Virus record (IMG/VR): IMGVR_UViG_3300012683_000002
Location: 1 to 60,888 of that record
DNA length: 60,888 bases
From: a virus
Taxonomy: Duplodnaviria; Caudoviricetes
Direction: 5' to 3' (one strand)
Of the stretch, positions 1 through 9,330 are shown piece by piece (position 1 is the first letter of the stretch; every line of letters begins with the position of its first letter). Under the pieces are notes generated by a model that had not been told where the DNA came from, did not search any database, and saw only the letters and a list, made by a program, of their open reading frames with translations. Made by a program: the position numbers and the translations under genes.

Positions 1-123
1 ATCCGCTCGACCGATTATTTGGCTCGGATCATGGGCGGGAACTGGAAGATGCCGCGCGAGCAGGCGTGGTTCTGGGAAACGAATTTTACCGAAGCTCTAG
101 CGAGCCACACCGTCAAAGTTTGG
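1..123. repeat. Terminal direct repeat (circular assembly overlap), left copy
   Basis: Bases 1-123 (atccgctcga...aaagtttgg) are identical to 60766-60888. The terminase ORF reads in frame across the join, so this is a circularisation overlap and the unit length is 60,765 bp. Confidence 0.95.
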
Positions 124-1149
124 CTGAGTCAAATGCCCGTCTCGGATGATGAAGCGCTGCAAAGTAAAAACGATCTCGTCTTTTCCGATGAAACGATTTT
201 AGAAATCAATTCGCGGCGCGAGAAAACTTATCAAGCCTACGCCATCACCGGGCAGTCCGTACTCATTGGGCAGGACGATCATCCTTATGAACCTCCCGTT
301 GAGCACATTAATTACGACAAGGAGCGTATCAAAGTTTCGTGGAAAACGAAGGGTGGACAGATGCTCCACTGGGAGCTGATTCCGCTGAAGGAATTCGAGG
401 ACACGGAAGACTATCCGGCATTCAATAAACTTCTAGTCTTCCGTCCTCCAGAAGAAAACTGCGACTACTCGGCTGGCATTGATACCGCTGACGGCTTAGG
501 CAATCCCGACGAAGACCGTTCCGTGTGTAGCATGATGCTGAACCGTAAAGGGAATCACCGCGACGAGGAAGCGGCGCAGTTTGTCTCGAACAACGTCAAC
601 GCTCCGCAAATGACTTCGATTGCCGCGTGTCTTGCGGCATGGTATGGACAGTGGTCAGAGAGTCGGGCGCACACGCGAGATCCGCGTGGCGTGAAATTCA
701 TCATCGAGCAAAGAGAGCGTTATGGTGACGACTGTCAGTTTCAACTCAAGCTCATGGGTTTCTTCTATCACCATCAATTTCAGCAGTACGACCACAAAGA
801 AGTGCATACGGAAAGCAAAATTCTCGGCTGGCGGTCGAACTTCTGGAGTCGTCCGATGCTTGTCACCCGGTTCATGGACGCAGTAACAAACGGTTGGATC
901 AAAGTCAATTCCCCAATGTCGATCCGGCAACTTTCCACCTGGGTGCGAAAGACTTCAAAAACCGGGCGCACGAAACTGGAGCACGAGTCCGGGTTTCATG
1001 ACGATAATTTGATGTCTCTGGCGATGGCGTACTTCACGCGGCATTCCCACGAAGCGGACGCTATGCGGCATCAGGCGAAATACCACGCGGCGGAAGACGA
1101 TACGCCTCCTCTAAATTTGGAGTGGGCCGAGAACAGGATCACGATATGA
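1..1149 (+). CDS. terL: Terminase large subunit, C-terminal (nuclease) part; continues from 59770
   Basis: RNase H-like nuclease motifs AGIDTADG...EDRS...HDDNLMSLAMA; in frame with the N-terminal ATPase part at the window end. Confidence 0.9.
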   Translation: MRSTDYLARIMGGNWKMPREQAWFWETNFTEALASHTVKVWLSQMPVSDDEALQSKNDLVFSDETILEINSRREKTYQAYAITGQSVLIGQDDHPYEPPVEHINYDKERIKVSWKTKGGQMLHWELIPLKEFEDTEDYPAFNKLLVFRPPEENCDYSAGIDTADGLGNPDEDRSVCSMMLNRKGNHRDEEAAQFVSNNVNAPQMTSIAACLAAWYGQWSESRAHTRDPRGVKFIIEQRERYGDDCQFQLKLMGFFYHHQFQQYDHKEVHTESKILGWRSNFWSRPMLVTRFMDAVTNGWIKVNSPMSIRQLSTWVRKTSKTGRTKLEHESGFHDDNLMSLAMAYFTRHSHEADAMRHQAKYHAAEDDTPPLNLEWAENRITI

Positions 1150-1418
1150 TTGGCGTAATCGACAGACTGTCGCGCAACCGTCGCAAGCAGAGAGAGTTTC
1201 GCAGTATCGTGCGTCGCGTTGGGTTCACCGAGGACTCGCTAAAGTCAGCTCGCAAACGGAGTGCGGATATTTATTTTCTTCACAAGTATGCGGGTTGGAG
1301 CTATGCGAAACTGGGAAGATTCTTTGGTGTTTCCAGTACATATATGCAGATCATCGTGAAGAGATGTGATCGTCGCAATCGATTTACGGTGTGTCATCCG
1401 AAGGGTACTTGCCAATGA
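1146..1418 (+). CDS. Small HTH-like protein
   Basis: ATGA overlap with the terL stop; GWSYAKLGRFFGVSSTYMQIIV resembles a helix-turn-helix. Confidence 0.5.
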   Translation: MIGVIDRLSRNRRKQREFRSIVRRVGFTEDSLKSARKRSADIYFLHKYAGWSYAKLGRFFGVSSTYMQIIVKRCDRRNRFTVCHPKGTCQ

Positions 1419-1903
1419 GCGACATCATCATTCCCAACTCCCGCACTCCCGTCCAGATTGGAGAGAAGCAGCGCGTCTGCGTGCTGACCCACATCGACAC
1501 CGGACGCATCCTGTGCTTCTGTCTCGACGATGCCTTCGCCTCCACGTTTGTGGATGCCGGTTACATTAAGCATGAACTACATCATGCCAATGAATACGAC
1601 CTTTGGGCAAAACGCCTTCGCGAGCAGTCGAAGCGCGAGAACGAAGCGGAGGATTACGCGTATCTCGAAAAAGAAAACCGCACTCGGCAACGCCTACGGC
1701 AACAACTGAAAGACCGTCTTAATCATTTGAGCGAGGGAGCGAGTCGCGAAGCAGTCGCCTCGGCTCTACATTGCCTCGACTTCATGGAAACAAAAAGGAA
1801 ACGATATCGCGAAGAAAGTTTCATGGTGAATGAAGCGTTTGAACAGAGTGCTGACGTCGGCGAAGTGCTAGTGGATAAGATCATGAAGCCGAAAGCGAAG
1901 TGA
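1415..1903 (+). CDS. Hypothetical protein (C-terminal coiled coil)
   Basis: ATGA coupling to the upstream gene, charged helical C-terminal half; no family recognised. Confidence 0.6.
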   Translation: MSDIIIPNSRTPVQIGEKQRVCVLTHIDTGRILCFCLDDAFASTFVDAGYIKHELHHANEYDLWAKRLREQSKRENEAEDYAYLEKENRTRQRLRQQLKDRLNHLSEGASREAVASALHCLDFMETKRKRYREESFMVNEAFEQSADVGEVLVDKIMKPKAK

Positions 1904-3108
1904 TGCCGCCGATACCGCTGCTCATCATCTCCGATGGAGTAACCTCTGGCACGGGATTAGGGAGAATCGCCCGTGACCTCGCGGTGCGCATCGCCGCTAA
2001 TCTTTCGGACGTGTACCGCGTCGGCACTCTCGGTTACGGCGGTTCGTATTCCCGCTCGCTTCCATTTCCGCAGTACCAGTGGGCTTCCAATAACGAGTGG
2101 GTGATTCACGAACTGCCGGAAGTATGGCGCGACTTCGCCGGAAGCGAACGCGGAATTGTTATGACGATCTGGGACGCGAGTCGTCTGCTCTGGTTCTCGC
2201 GACCGGAAAACTGTTCTAACCCGCAGTTGAAAAAGTTTCTTGACAGTCCGCCATTCAAGCGCTGGGGATATTTCCCAATGGACGCGACCGGGCCGAACGA
2301 CCGCTTGACCGCCGTCCTCGCCCACATCCTGAAAGGCTACGACCGGGTGCTGGCATACTCCGCTTGGGCAGAAGCTATCCTTCGCCGCACGTTAAACCCG
2401 GAGGATTGCATTGACCTTGAGCTGGCGAACCTACCACACGGTATTGACACTTCGGTATTCAAGTCGCGCACTCGCACCGTCGCGCGTCACGGTTTTGGCG
2501 AACGCATAGGAGCGAAAACGCCAAAGGGCAAGTGGTTATCTATTCCTGATGACGTTTGTCTCATCGGTATTGTTGCCACCAATCAAACACGAAAAGATTG
2601 GGGACTCGGCATCGCAGCCGTTGCGGAACTGGCAAAGACCCGCAACGTCATGCTGTGGGCGCACACTGACGTTCTGGAGCGTCAATGGTCGATCCCAGCG
2701 CTCTTGAACGACTTCGGGATTGTGGATAAAGCCATCGTCACTGGCATTCCTCTGACTGACGAGCAGATGTCGTACTGCTACTCCGCCTGCGATGTAACAC
2801 TTGGGATCGGAAACGGCGAAGGTTTCGGCTACCCTATCTTCGAGAGCCTTGCCTGCGGCACGCCATGCGTTCACGGCAACTACGGTGGGGCCGCAGAGCA
2901 TCTCTTGGATTCAATGAAGGTCGAGCCTTACTACCAGCATCTTGAAGGTTGCTATAACTGTATCCGCTGTGGCTACCGCGTTGCCGACTTGGTAGATAAA
3001 ATTACGCAACTTCCCAAAAAGGATGGAGAGTCCCTGCTTCCGCTTAATCTCGACTGGGGCGATCTGTGGGACGACTGGGAAAAATGGTTTCACGAAGGAC
3101 TCGCATGA
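1903..3108 (+). CDS. Glycosyltransferase, GT-B fold (GT4-like)
   Basis: N-terminal GTGLGRIA, LPHGIDT, and the GT4 signature EGFGYPIFESLACGTPCV. Confidence 0.9.
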   Translation: MPPIPLLIISDGVTSGTGLGRIARDLAVRIAANLSDVYRVGTLGYGGSYSRSLPFPQYQWASNNEWVIHELPEVWRDFAGSERGIVMTIWDASRLLWFSRPENCSNPQLKKFLDSPPFKRWGYFPMDATGPNDRLTAVLAHILKGYDRVLAYSAWAEAILRRTLNPEDCIDLELANLPHGIDTSVFKSRTRTVARHGFGERIGAKTPKGKWLSIPDDVCLIGIVATNQTRKDWGLGIAAVAELAKTRNVMLWAHTDVLERQWSIPALLNDFGIVDKAIVTGIPLTDEQMSYCYSACDVTLGIGNGEGFGYPIFESLACGTPCVHGNYGGAAEHLLDSMKVEPYYQHLEGCYNCIRCGYRVADLVDKITQLPKKDGESLLPLNLDWGDLWDDWEKWFHEGLA

Positions 3109-3656
3109 GATACACCATCATCACTCCGACCCTTGGACGCGAAAGCCTCGTTCGTACATGCGAGTCGGTTGACCGGCAAACGACAGACGACTGGCAGCAT
3201 ATTGTCGTCGTGGACAAGAAAACAGACCCTGAGATTCTCGTCCAAATCTATCGTAGTCATCGCCTAATAATTCACTGCGGACTGCCGCACGGGAACTTTG
3301 GGAACACATGCCGCCACAACGCTTGGGAATTCGCAGAAGGCGAGTATCTGTTGTACCTCGATGACGACAACTGGTTATCGGACGACCATGTGCTAGAAGA
3401 CTTGAATGTAGTCGTTACCCCGTGGGCTCTCTTCCCAATCCTGCGGCACGGCAACCGATTTTTTACCGACCCTCCAAAGTGCTGTCACGTAGACACCGCG
3501 AACGTGGTGGTCAGCCGGGACATTGGCCGATGGCCCGACATCCCGGACTACACGGCTGACGGCCAGTTTGTCGAATCGCTTCTCAAGTATCCCTACCAAG
3601 CGTTTCCAGATTTCCGGACGATTGTCGTTATGCCACATTCGAGTGAGGGACGATGA
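3105..3656 (+). CDS. Glycosyltransferase, GT-A fold (GT2-like)
   Basis: YTIITPT...SVDRQT...IVVVD...RHNAW...GEYLLYLDDDN (DxD motif). Confidence 0.88.
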   Translation: MRYTIITPTLGRESLVRTCESVDRQTTDDWQHIVVVDKKTDPEILVQIYRSHRLIIHCGLPHGNFGNTCRHNAWEFAEGEYLLYLDDDNWLSDDHVLEDLNVVVTPWALFPILRHGNRFFTDPPKCCHVDTANVVVSRDIGRWPDIPDYTADGQFVESLLKYPYQAFPDFRTIVVMPHSSEGR

Positions 3657-4318
3657 AGGACTTGCTCGTCATCCTCTGCTCCAGCGGCGCACGCGGGTTT
3701 CAAGAAAAGTATGTCGAGCAAATGCTTGAAGCTGGGATTCAAGTGCGCGTGGAACTATTAGAGGAGTTCCCGAACTCGAACGGTGGAGGAACGCTCGGAC
3801 ATCAAGTCCAGGGTCAGCGTGCGTTAGCTAGGGAGTGTTCCGAATATCAAAAACTAGTTTTCACCGACGCTTTTGACGTTCTATTTTATGGAACCAAAGA
3901 AGACGTGATTCGTAAGATCCCGGACGGTCACGTATTACTGGCCGCTGAGCGCAACTGCTATCCCGACCAATCCCTTGCCTCGACCTTCCCCGGAACGACC
4001 GCGTGGCGCTACGTTAATGGTGGAATGATGTGCGGCAGGCCGGAGCGCATCCTAGAGTGGCTGGACGAGATCGAGCGGCATCCGCTATACGATCCGAACG
4101 GACTGAATCAGCGCTTCTTTAATCTGCTTCGCCATAACGGTTCTTCGCTCATTCCGATCGACGAGCGCACCGAACTTTTCTATTGCCTGTTTTTGGAGCA
4201 GAGCGAACTTGCGTTCGAGAATGGTCTTCCGGTGAATACGGTTCTCGGGACACATCCAAATTTTATCCACGCAAACGGCAAGTGGGGATGGCCGGATTGT
4301 GTGGGGAGGACGCTATGA
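3653..4318 (+). CDS. PLOD/procollagen-type glycosyltransferase domain protein
   Basis: VFTDAFDVLF, AAERNCYPD, YVNGGMMCG, Q.FF and HANG match the pattern of the PLOD-family GT domain. Confidence 0.75.
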   Translation: MKDLLVILCSSGARGFQEKYVEQMLEAGIQVRVELLEEFPNSNGGGTLGHQVQGQRALARECSEYQKLVFTDAFDVLFYGTKEDVIRKIPDGHVLLAAERNCYPDQSLASTFPGTTAWRYVNGGMMCGRPERILEWLDEIERHPLYDPNGLNQRFFNLLRHNGSSLIPIDERTELFYCLFLEQSELAFENGLPVNTVLGTHPNFIHANGKWGWPDCVGRTL

Positions 4319-5061
4319 ATGCAGCGCTCATGCTTACCCATAACTGCCTTGAGATGACGAAACGGTGTATCGAGTCGGTTAGGAAACAATACATTCCGAT
4401 GAGAATTATTGTTGGTGACAACGGTTCGACTGATGGAACCCTTGACTGGTTGAAATCTAATGACATTGAAGTGATGTTCAAGTCGTCGCTTACCATGCCG
4501 TTGAATCTTGGAGTAAGTAAGGGGTGGAATATAAGTCTTGAGTATCTGTTCAACTTCCATGCTGAAGTTCTCTTGGTCAACAACGACGTGGTTCTTCCGC
4601 CGTGGTTCTACAGCGAACTGCTCTCCTACGATGTTCCGTTCGTAACCGGCGTCTCGGTTGATAACATGGATGCAATTCGGGAACGAACACCGCGAGCGCC
4701 TCTCGTCGGTCATCCCGACTTCAGCGCGTTCCTGATTCGCCGCGATGCGTGGGACAAGATAGGCCCATTCGATGAAGGCATGAAGTTCTACGCGCAGGAC
4801 TGCGACTATCATGTGCGAGCGGTAAAAACTGGAGTGCCTCTACTGGCCGCGAATCTGCCGTTTTATCACGAGCGCAGCTCGACGCTGCGTCTCGCTTCCC
4901 CGGAAGAACAAGCGGCCATCCAACAGCAGGCGAATGCGGATCGCGCGTACTTTCGTCGCAAGTGGGGATTCGAGGTTGGTTCGGAAGAATATCAGGCTGC
5001 GACCCGGACTGAAGGTTGGGGTGGCTGCGCTGACTCCCCCGACAAAATAAAATTGGCATGA
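4315..5061 (+). CDS. Glycosyltransferase, GT2-like
   Basis: THN...CIESV...VGDNGSTDGT, NLGVSKGWN, LVNNDV, IGPFDE..FYAQDCDY. Confidence 0.88.
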   Translation: MNAALMLTHNCLEMTKRCIESVRKQYIPMRIIVGDNGSTDGTLDWLKSNDIEVMFKSSLTMPLNLGVSKGWNISLEYLFNFHAEVLLVNNDVVLPPWFYSELLSYDVPFVTGVSVDNMDAIRERTPRAPLVGHPDFSAFLIRRDAWDKIGPFDEGMKFYAQDCDYHVRAVKTGVPLLAANLPFYHERSSTLRLASPEEQAAIQQQANADRAYFRRKWGFEVGSEEYQAATRTEGWGGCADSPDKIKLA

Positions 5062-5095
5062 CAGTGCCGTGATTATCAAAGTATGATGTCGCTAC

Positions 5096-7141
5096 ATGGA
5101 AAAGAAGCTCCAAGACTGGCAGGTTCCGACCTTTGAGTCGGATGCTGCGCAACGTCAGTCATGGATCGAAGAACAAATTCAAGACGGCGATAAATGGTGG
5201 GACAGCCAAGCCGTGTCGAAGAACGCGGAACAGAACTTAGCGCTCCTCAGCGCTGACGGGCCGCAGAAACTAAAATCCAATAATCTGAAAAGCGATATTC
5301 GGAAGTTTGTCGAGACCATCGCCGACGTTCGCGAGATTGCCACGCTCGGTTCGGGAGCGGAACAGTTCAAGACGATGGTCGAGCAGTACAACCGGATTTA
5401 CAAGCATATTTACCAAGAGTCCCAGTTCGCGCGGCAGTCCCGGCAAGCGCTGCAATACGCGATTCCGTTAGGCCGTGGATACCTCTGGCCGCGCTACATT
5501 CGGAAAGATTTTGGCTGGGGAGCGGGACAGATCGAGTTTCGCGCTTTGGGGCCAAGGGAAGTGTTACCCTGCCAGTTACCCGCTGACAACGACATTCAAG
5601 GCAGTTACGCGGTCACTATCGTTGACTGCTTAGGCATAGCCGAGGCCCACGCTCGCTTCCCGCACGCGCAAGACAAGTTATTTCCGGTGTCGAGAACTAA
5701 GCCGTCGTCGAACGGTCACGTTCGCCGGTTAGAGTTTTGGGATCGCTGGAAGTATGGGCAAGAACAGCAAGACTGGGATCAACGCTACTGCGAGATCCGT
5801 TACACCTTCGTGCGCGACCTGCGCATCAACCGAACCGGACAAATGCTACCGATGGGGGACGCACGAGGGGAGAATGGTGAGAAACTAACTTCTTGGTCCT
5901 ACGACGTTCCTTCGCTTGGAAGCCTGCTCGTAACCACAAACCCAAACAATCAACTTCCCGAGTCTCGCAAAGCGGAGCCAGAAGACTGCCGCATTTATCC
6001 GCAGTTGCGTCTTCTAATCTCAAATCCCGGCATGTCGGAGCCGCTATACGATGGCCCAGCCTTCGACTGGCACGGCATGATGCCACCCGTCGCTTACGAA
6101 GTGGATGACTGGCCGTGGATGGCGGTTGGGTTCTCTCTTCTTTATGACGTGGCTGGGATCGAACGCGCGGAGCGCGGGTTCATTGACTTGATGTATCGCG
6201 TGCTGAAAGCGAAGATGGACCCGCCGAAAGGCTACGACTTGAACGCGGGGATTCCGCGCGAAGACTTGAAGAGCTTTGACTGGCTGGCAGAGTCGGGGAC
6301 AACGGTCGGGATCGACGGCAAAGTCCAAGATGCGCTGAAGTCTCTTTTGCCGGACAGCGTGCGCGTGGAGTCGAGCGACTTCCAAATGGTTGAGATGTTC
6401 GAGAAGATGCGACAGAAGGCTCTTGGACTTAACGACATCGCAAGCCTCTCGCAACTGAAATTCAATCTCTCTGGCGAGGCGATGGACAAGTTCCTAGAAA
6501 CCATTGGGCCAATCGCGAAAGGTATTTCCGGTAACATGCAGGTGGCGCAGTCGAAGATTGCCTACATGCTGAAGTTCATGGTCGGGCAGTATTTCACGAC
6601 CAACGACTTACTTTCCTTTATTGGGCCGGACGCGGTGTCGGTAGAAACCTTCGACTTCAATCCCAATTCTATTGTCCCGTCACATCTACCTTCCGAATCG
6701 CATCTGCAAAAAGACAATAAGCCAAGCGAAAAGTCGGACATGGAACGGGCGAAGTGGTTTGCGAAAAACCTGAAGGTAGTTTCCGTTCCCAGCCAGTTGT
6801 TGAACGTGACCCAAATGCAGGATCAGTTGAAGTGGCTGAACTTCCTACAACGCGGCTTCCCGATTTCTTTCAGCACCGCCTTCAAGAAACTGGGCGTCGA
6901 GAACTGGGGCGACTCGCCGGGAACAAGCGAGTTTGATAAGTACATCTGGGAGCAAACGAGAATCATGGAGATGAAGGCGAAACTAGCGCAGGTGGCGCAA
7001 GCCGAAGGGCTGGGGGGAGAAGAGAAACCCGGTAAGGGCAAAGGCGGAGGCCGTCCACCGAGTGGGAAGCAGCCGCCGAAGCAGGAGACACGCGGCACGA
7101 AGAGTGGAAACTTGCGCGTAGTCACCGCGCAGAGCAAGTAG
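5096..7141 (+). CDS. Portal protein (probable)
   Basis: 681 aa, helical, lies between the terminase module and scaffold/capsid, with a low-complexity basic C-terminal tail. Assigned from position and size. Confidence 0.75.
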   Translation: MEKKLQDWQVPTFESDAAQRQSWIEEQIQDGDKWWDSQAVSKNAEQNLALLSADGPQKLKSNNLKSDIRKFVETIADVREIATLGSGAEQFKTMVEQYNRIYKHIYQESQFARQSRQALQYAIPLGRGYLWPRYIRKDFGWGAGQIEFRALGPREVLPCQLPADNDIQGSYAVTIVDCLGIAEAHARFPHAQDKLFPVSRTKPSSNGHVRRLEFWDRWKYGQEQQDWDQRYCEIRYTFVRDLRINRTGQMLPMGDARGENGEKLTSWSYDVPSLGSLLVTTNPNNQLPESRKAEPEDCRIYPQLRLLISNPGMSEPLYDGPAFDWHGMMPPVAYEVDDWPWMAVGFSLLYDVAGIERAERGFIDLMYRVLKAKMDPPKGYDLNAGIPREDLKSFDWLAESGTTVGIDGKVQDALKSLLPDSVRVESSDFQMVEMFEKMRQKALGLNDIASLSQLKFNLSGEAMDKFLETIGPIAKGISGNMQVAQSKIAYMLKFMVGQYFTTNDLLSFIGPDAVSVETFDFNPNSIVPSHLPSESHLQKDNKPSEKSDMERAKWFAKNLKVVSVPSQLLNVTQMQDQLKWLNFLQRGFPISFSTAFKKLGVENWGDSPGTSEFDKYIWEQTRIMEMKAKLAQVAQAEGLGGEEKPGKGKGGGRPPSGKQPPKQETRGTKSGNLRVVTAQSK

Positions 7142-7143
7142 CT

Positions 7144-7359
7144 ATGACACTCACAAGTTGGGTATCAACGAACCATTCACAACCAGACGTTTTCATAAAG
7201 TGCCAAGGTCAAGGGTGCGAAGCGGTTATTGTTTTTAATCGACAGGAAATCCTTGACCGTAAGAATATTGGGACGAACACTTCGACGCCATGCCGTCACT
7301 GCGGCTGGCATCCGGTGTATCCTCCCGAGCCGTGGAATGAGTTGAAAGAACCGTTCTAG
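7144..7359 (+). CDS. Small Zn-ribbon protein
   Basis: CQGQGC and CRHC cysteine pairs. Confidence 0.5.
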   Translation: MTLTSWVSTNHSQPDVFIKCQGQGCEAVIVFNRQEILDRKNIGTNTSTPCRHCGWHPVYPPEPWNELKEPF

Positions 7360-7598
7360 TGATTATGGACACTCCTACCGTCAAGGCGATCAAAGTCTTT
7401 GTCACTTTGGAATCGGTGCTTGAAGTCCCAAAGACGTTCAGCATCGAAAAAGTGTTTTCGTATCTGCGCTCGAATAAATTCAAAGGCGAGACGAGCGTCA
7501 ACTGTAATCAAGGCGGTATTACCAACGTGGTTACGCGGGAAAACATCCCGTTGACGATGAAGGAATTGGATCAAATTCTGGCGGAAAGAAAAAAATGA
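7359..7598 (+). CDS. Hypothetical protein
   Basis: Coupled ORF overlapping the flanking genes. Confidence 0.55.
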   Translation: MIMDTPTVKAIKVFVTLESVLEVPKTFSIEKVFSYLRSNKFKGETSVNCNQGGITNVVTRENIPLTMKELDQILAERKK

Positions 7599-7801
7599 TT
7601 GCCGTGGAAGAATTGAGTCAAAAAGAGCTTAAGGTTCTGCAACTACTAGCTGACGGTAAAACCCTGCGAGGCACGGCAAAATCCATGAAACGCGCGGAAA
7701 TCACGCTTAAACACTACACTGAGATCATCCGGGAAAAGTTGGACGCGCCGACCACAACGAACGCAATCGCGATCGCCCTCCGCCGTGGTTTGATCGACTG
7801 A
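7595..7801 (+). CDS. Stand-alone LuxR/GerE-type HTH regulator
   Basis: LSQKELKVLQLLADG...IREKLDA...AIAIALRRGLI is the GerE/LuxR C-terminal pattern. Confidence 0.88.
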   Translation: MIAVEELSQKELKVLQLLADGKTLRGTAKSMKRAEITLKHYTEIIREKLDAPTTTNAIAIALRRGLID

Positions 7802-7889
7802 AAGGTACTTTAGTTCCTTTACGCTTATTCCTCTTCCGTAGTATCTCTCCAAACAGAGATTCACCATACAACCCTTCGTGGAACTGATG

Positions 7890-7928
7890 GTGGCTCAAGT
7901 CTGAAGTGGCTTGAGCCACTTTCTCTTT
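7890..7928 (+). terminator. Hairpin plus T-rich tail (intrinsic terminator or attenuator)
   Basis: GTGGCTCAAGTC-TGAAGT-GGCTTGAGCCAC followed by TTTCTCTTT. Confidence 0.6.
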
Positions 7929-7938
7929 GGAGGAATCT

Positions 7939-8058
7939 ATGGCACGTCACAAAGGTCACAAACTGATGATCAAAGGGTCATCGGTCGGCGGCAAGCATAA
8001 GGGCCGCAAGCGCGGTGGCAAGAAAGGCCGTCGCAAGGGTGGGCGGAAACGCCGATAG
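7939..8058 (+). CDS. 39-aa K/R/G-rich basic micro-protein (not in ORF track)
   Basis: RBS GGAGGA upstream; MARHKGHKLMIKGSSVGGKHKGRKRGGKKGRRKGGRKRR*; 18 K/R and no acidic residues. Confidence 0.8.
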   Translation: MARHKGHKLMIKGSSVGGKHKGRKRGGKKGRRKGGRKRR

Positions 8059-8069
8059 GAGTCTCCTAT

Positions 8070-8207
8070 ATGGCGAAACGCAAACGCAAACTGGTCATCA
8101 AGGATCATGCCACGGGCCGATTGAAATCTCGGGCTAAAGGTCGTAGCGGTAAGGGTGGAAAAATCGACCTTAAGTTCAGAAGTCTCGGCAAGGGCCGGAA
8201 GCGCTGA
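8070..8207 (+). CDS. 45-aa K/R/G-rich basic micro-protein (not in ORF track)
   Basis: RBS AGGAG; MAKRKRKLVIKDHATGRLKSRAKGRSGKGGKIDLKFRSLGKGRKR*; the stop abuts the next ATG at 8208. Confidence 0.78.
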   Translation: MAKRKRKLVIKDHATGRLKSRAKGRSGKGGKIDLKFRSLGKGRKR

Positions 8208-8489
8208 ATGGCTACTCCCCCAACACCACAACCGTCACCAGAGCAGGGTGGAGCCCCAGGTGGAGCACAACCTGGGGTTGCTCCTGCGCAGCAGCAGGCG
8301 AATCCTCTACAAACCATGCTGGCGCAGATCGCCAAGGGACTGGAACAACTTTCCCAGCAGAACCCGATTGTGCAAGCCGAACTGATGGAAGCGAGAACCG
8401 CACTCGTGAAAGCCTTGCAGAAAACCATGACCGCATCCCGTCCGCAAGAATCACAACCTGCTCCGCAGCAGGGGCCTTCGGGCCAGTAA
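8208..8489 (+). CDS. Pro/Gln-rich small head-module protein
   Basis: 93 aa, helical core with disordered P/Q ends, immediately upstream of the scaffold. Confidence 0.7.
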   Translation: MATPPTPQPSPEQGGAPGGAQPGVAPAQQQANPLQTMLAQIAKGLEQLSQQNPIVQAELMEARTALVKALQKTMTASRPQESQPAPQQGPSGQ

Positions 8490-8500
8490 AGGAGAACTGA

Positions 8501-9316
8501 ATGACTGTCGCTGAGTTACTGAAAGCCGCGAACGTGAAAGATGAAGTGATTGCTGGATTGCCCGCCGATGTTGTTTCCGCTCTTACCGGATATGTCTCTC
8601 AAGCTGATACGACCCTCCAAACCGCATCGCAAAAAGAAGCGGAAGCCGCTGAAGCGCTCCGCCAAGCAAGCCTCGAAAAGCAGGACGTTGAGAAGTACGT
8701 CGCCGACTACGGCACCGCGCTCACCGAAACCGCGAGCGTCAAAGCGAAATATGAAGGGCTCCGTAAACAAGTGGAGTCACTGAAAGCGCAGGGTTTTAAT
8801 CTCGACATAGAAACTGAGCCCGCGAAGCCGGTTGTGCCGGGAAGTCCGGCAGTAGGAGCGAACGCCGTGGATGAAGGCCGAATTTTGGGTAGGGTTGGAA
8901 ATTGGTTGAGTCAGTTTCAGGATGCTAATAACGAGCACATGCGTCTTTACGGTGTTCCTATTCCTGACGCTACGGCTTCAGTTGCCGCAGAAGCGGAACG
9001 CGCTCGCAAGCAGATTGGCGAGTTCGTCGCGGAGAAGTACAAATTCGCCGAGACACGCAAGCAGAAAGAAGTTGAAGCCTACAGGCAGCGTGTAGATGCT
9101 GACGTGAAGACGAAAGTCGCGGAGCAGCTTCGCTTGGAAGCCGAGAAGCGCGGCAACAATCCAAACCTTCGCCCTGGCGAATCCTCGCGGAACAGTTTGA
9201 TTCCTATCAAGCATGACGATTTCGAGAAGGCAACTGGGAACGTGCCACGGCGCGAGCGCTTGAACCGGATGCTGGACAACGTTCACAAAGATGTTGCAGC
9301 GGCACGTAGCGCGTAA
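8501..9316 (+). CDS. Capsid scaffolding protein (probable)
   Basis: RBS AAGGAG; coiled-coil, Ala/Glu/Lys-rich; directly upstream of the major capsid gene. Confidence 0.7.
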   Translation: MTVAELLKAANVKDEVIAGLPADVVSALTGYVSQADTTLQTASQKEAEAAEALRQASLEKQDVEKYVADYGTALTETASVKAKYEGLRKQVESLKAQGFNLDIETEPAKPVVPGSPAVGANAVDEGRILGRVGNWLSQFQDANNEHMRLYGVPIPDATASVAAEAERARKQIGEFVAEKYKFAETRKQKEVEAYRQRVDADVKTKVAEQLRLEAEKRGNNPNLRPGESSRNSLIPIKHDDFEKATGNVPRRERLNRMLDNVHKDVAAARSA

Positions 9317-9330
9317 AAGGAAGGTAAACA

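Noticed and set aside
1-123. Terminal repeat as a biological direct terminal repeat
   Set aside because: It falls in the middle of terL and preserves its frame, so it is best explained as an assembly overlap.
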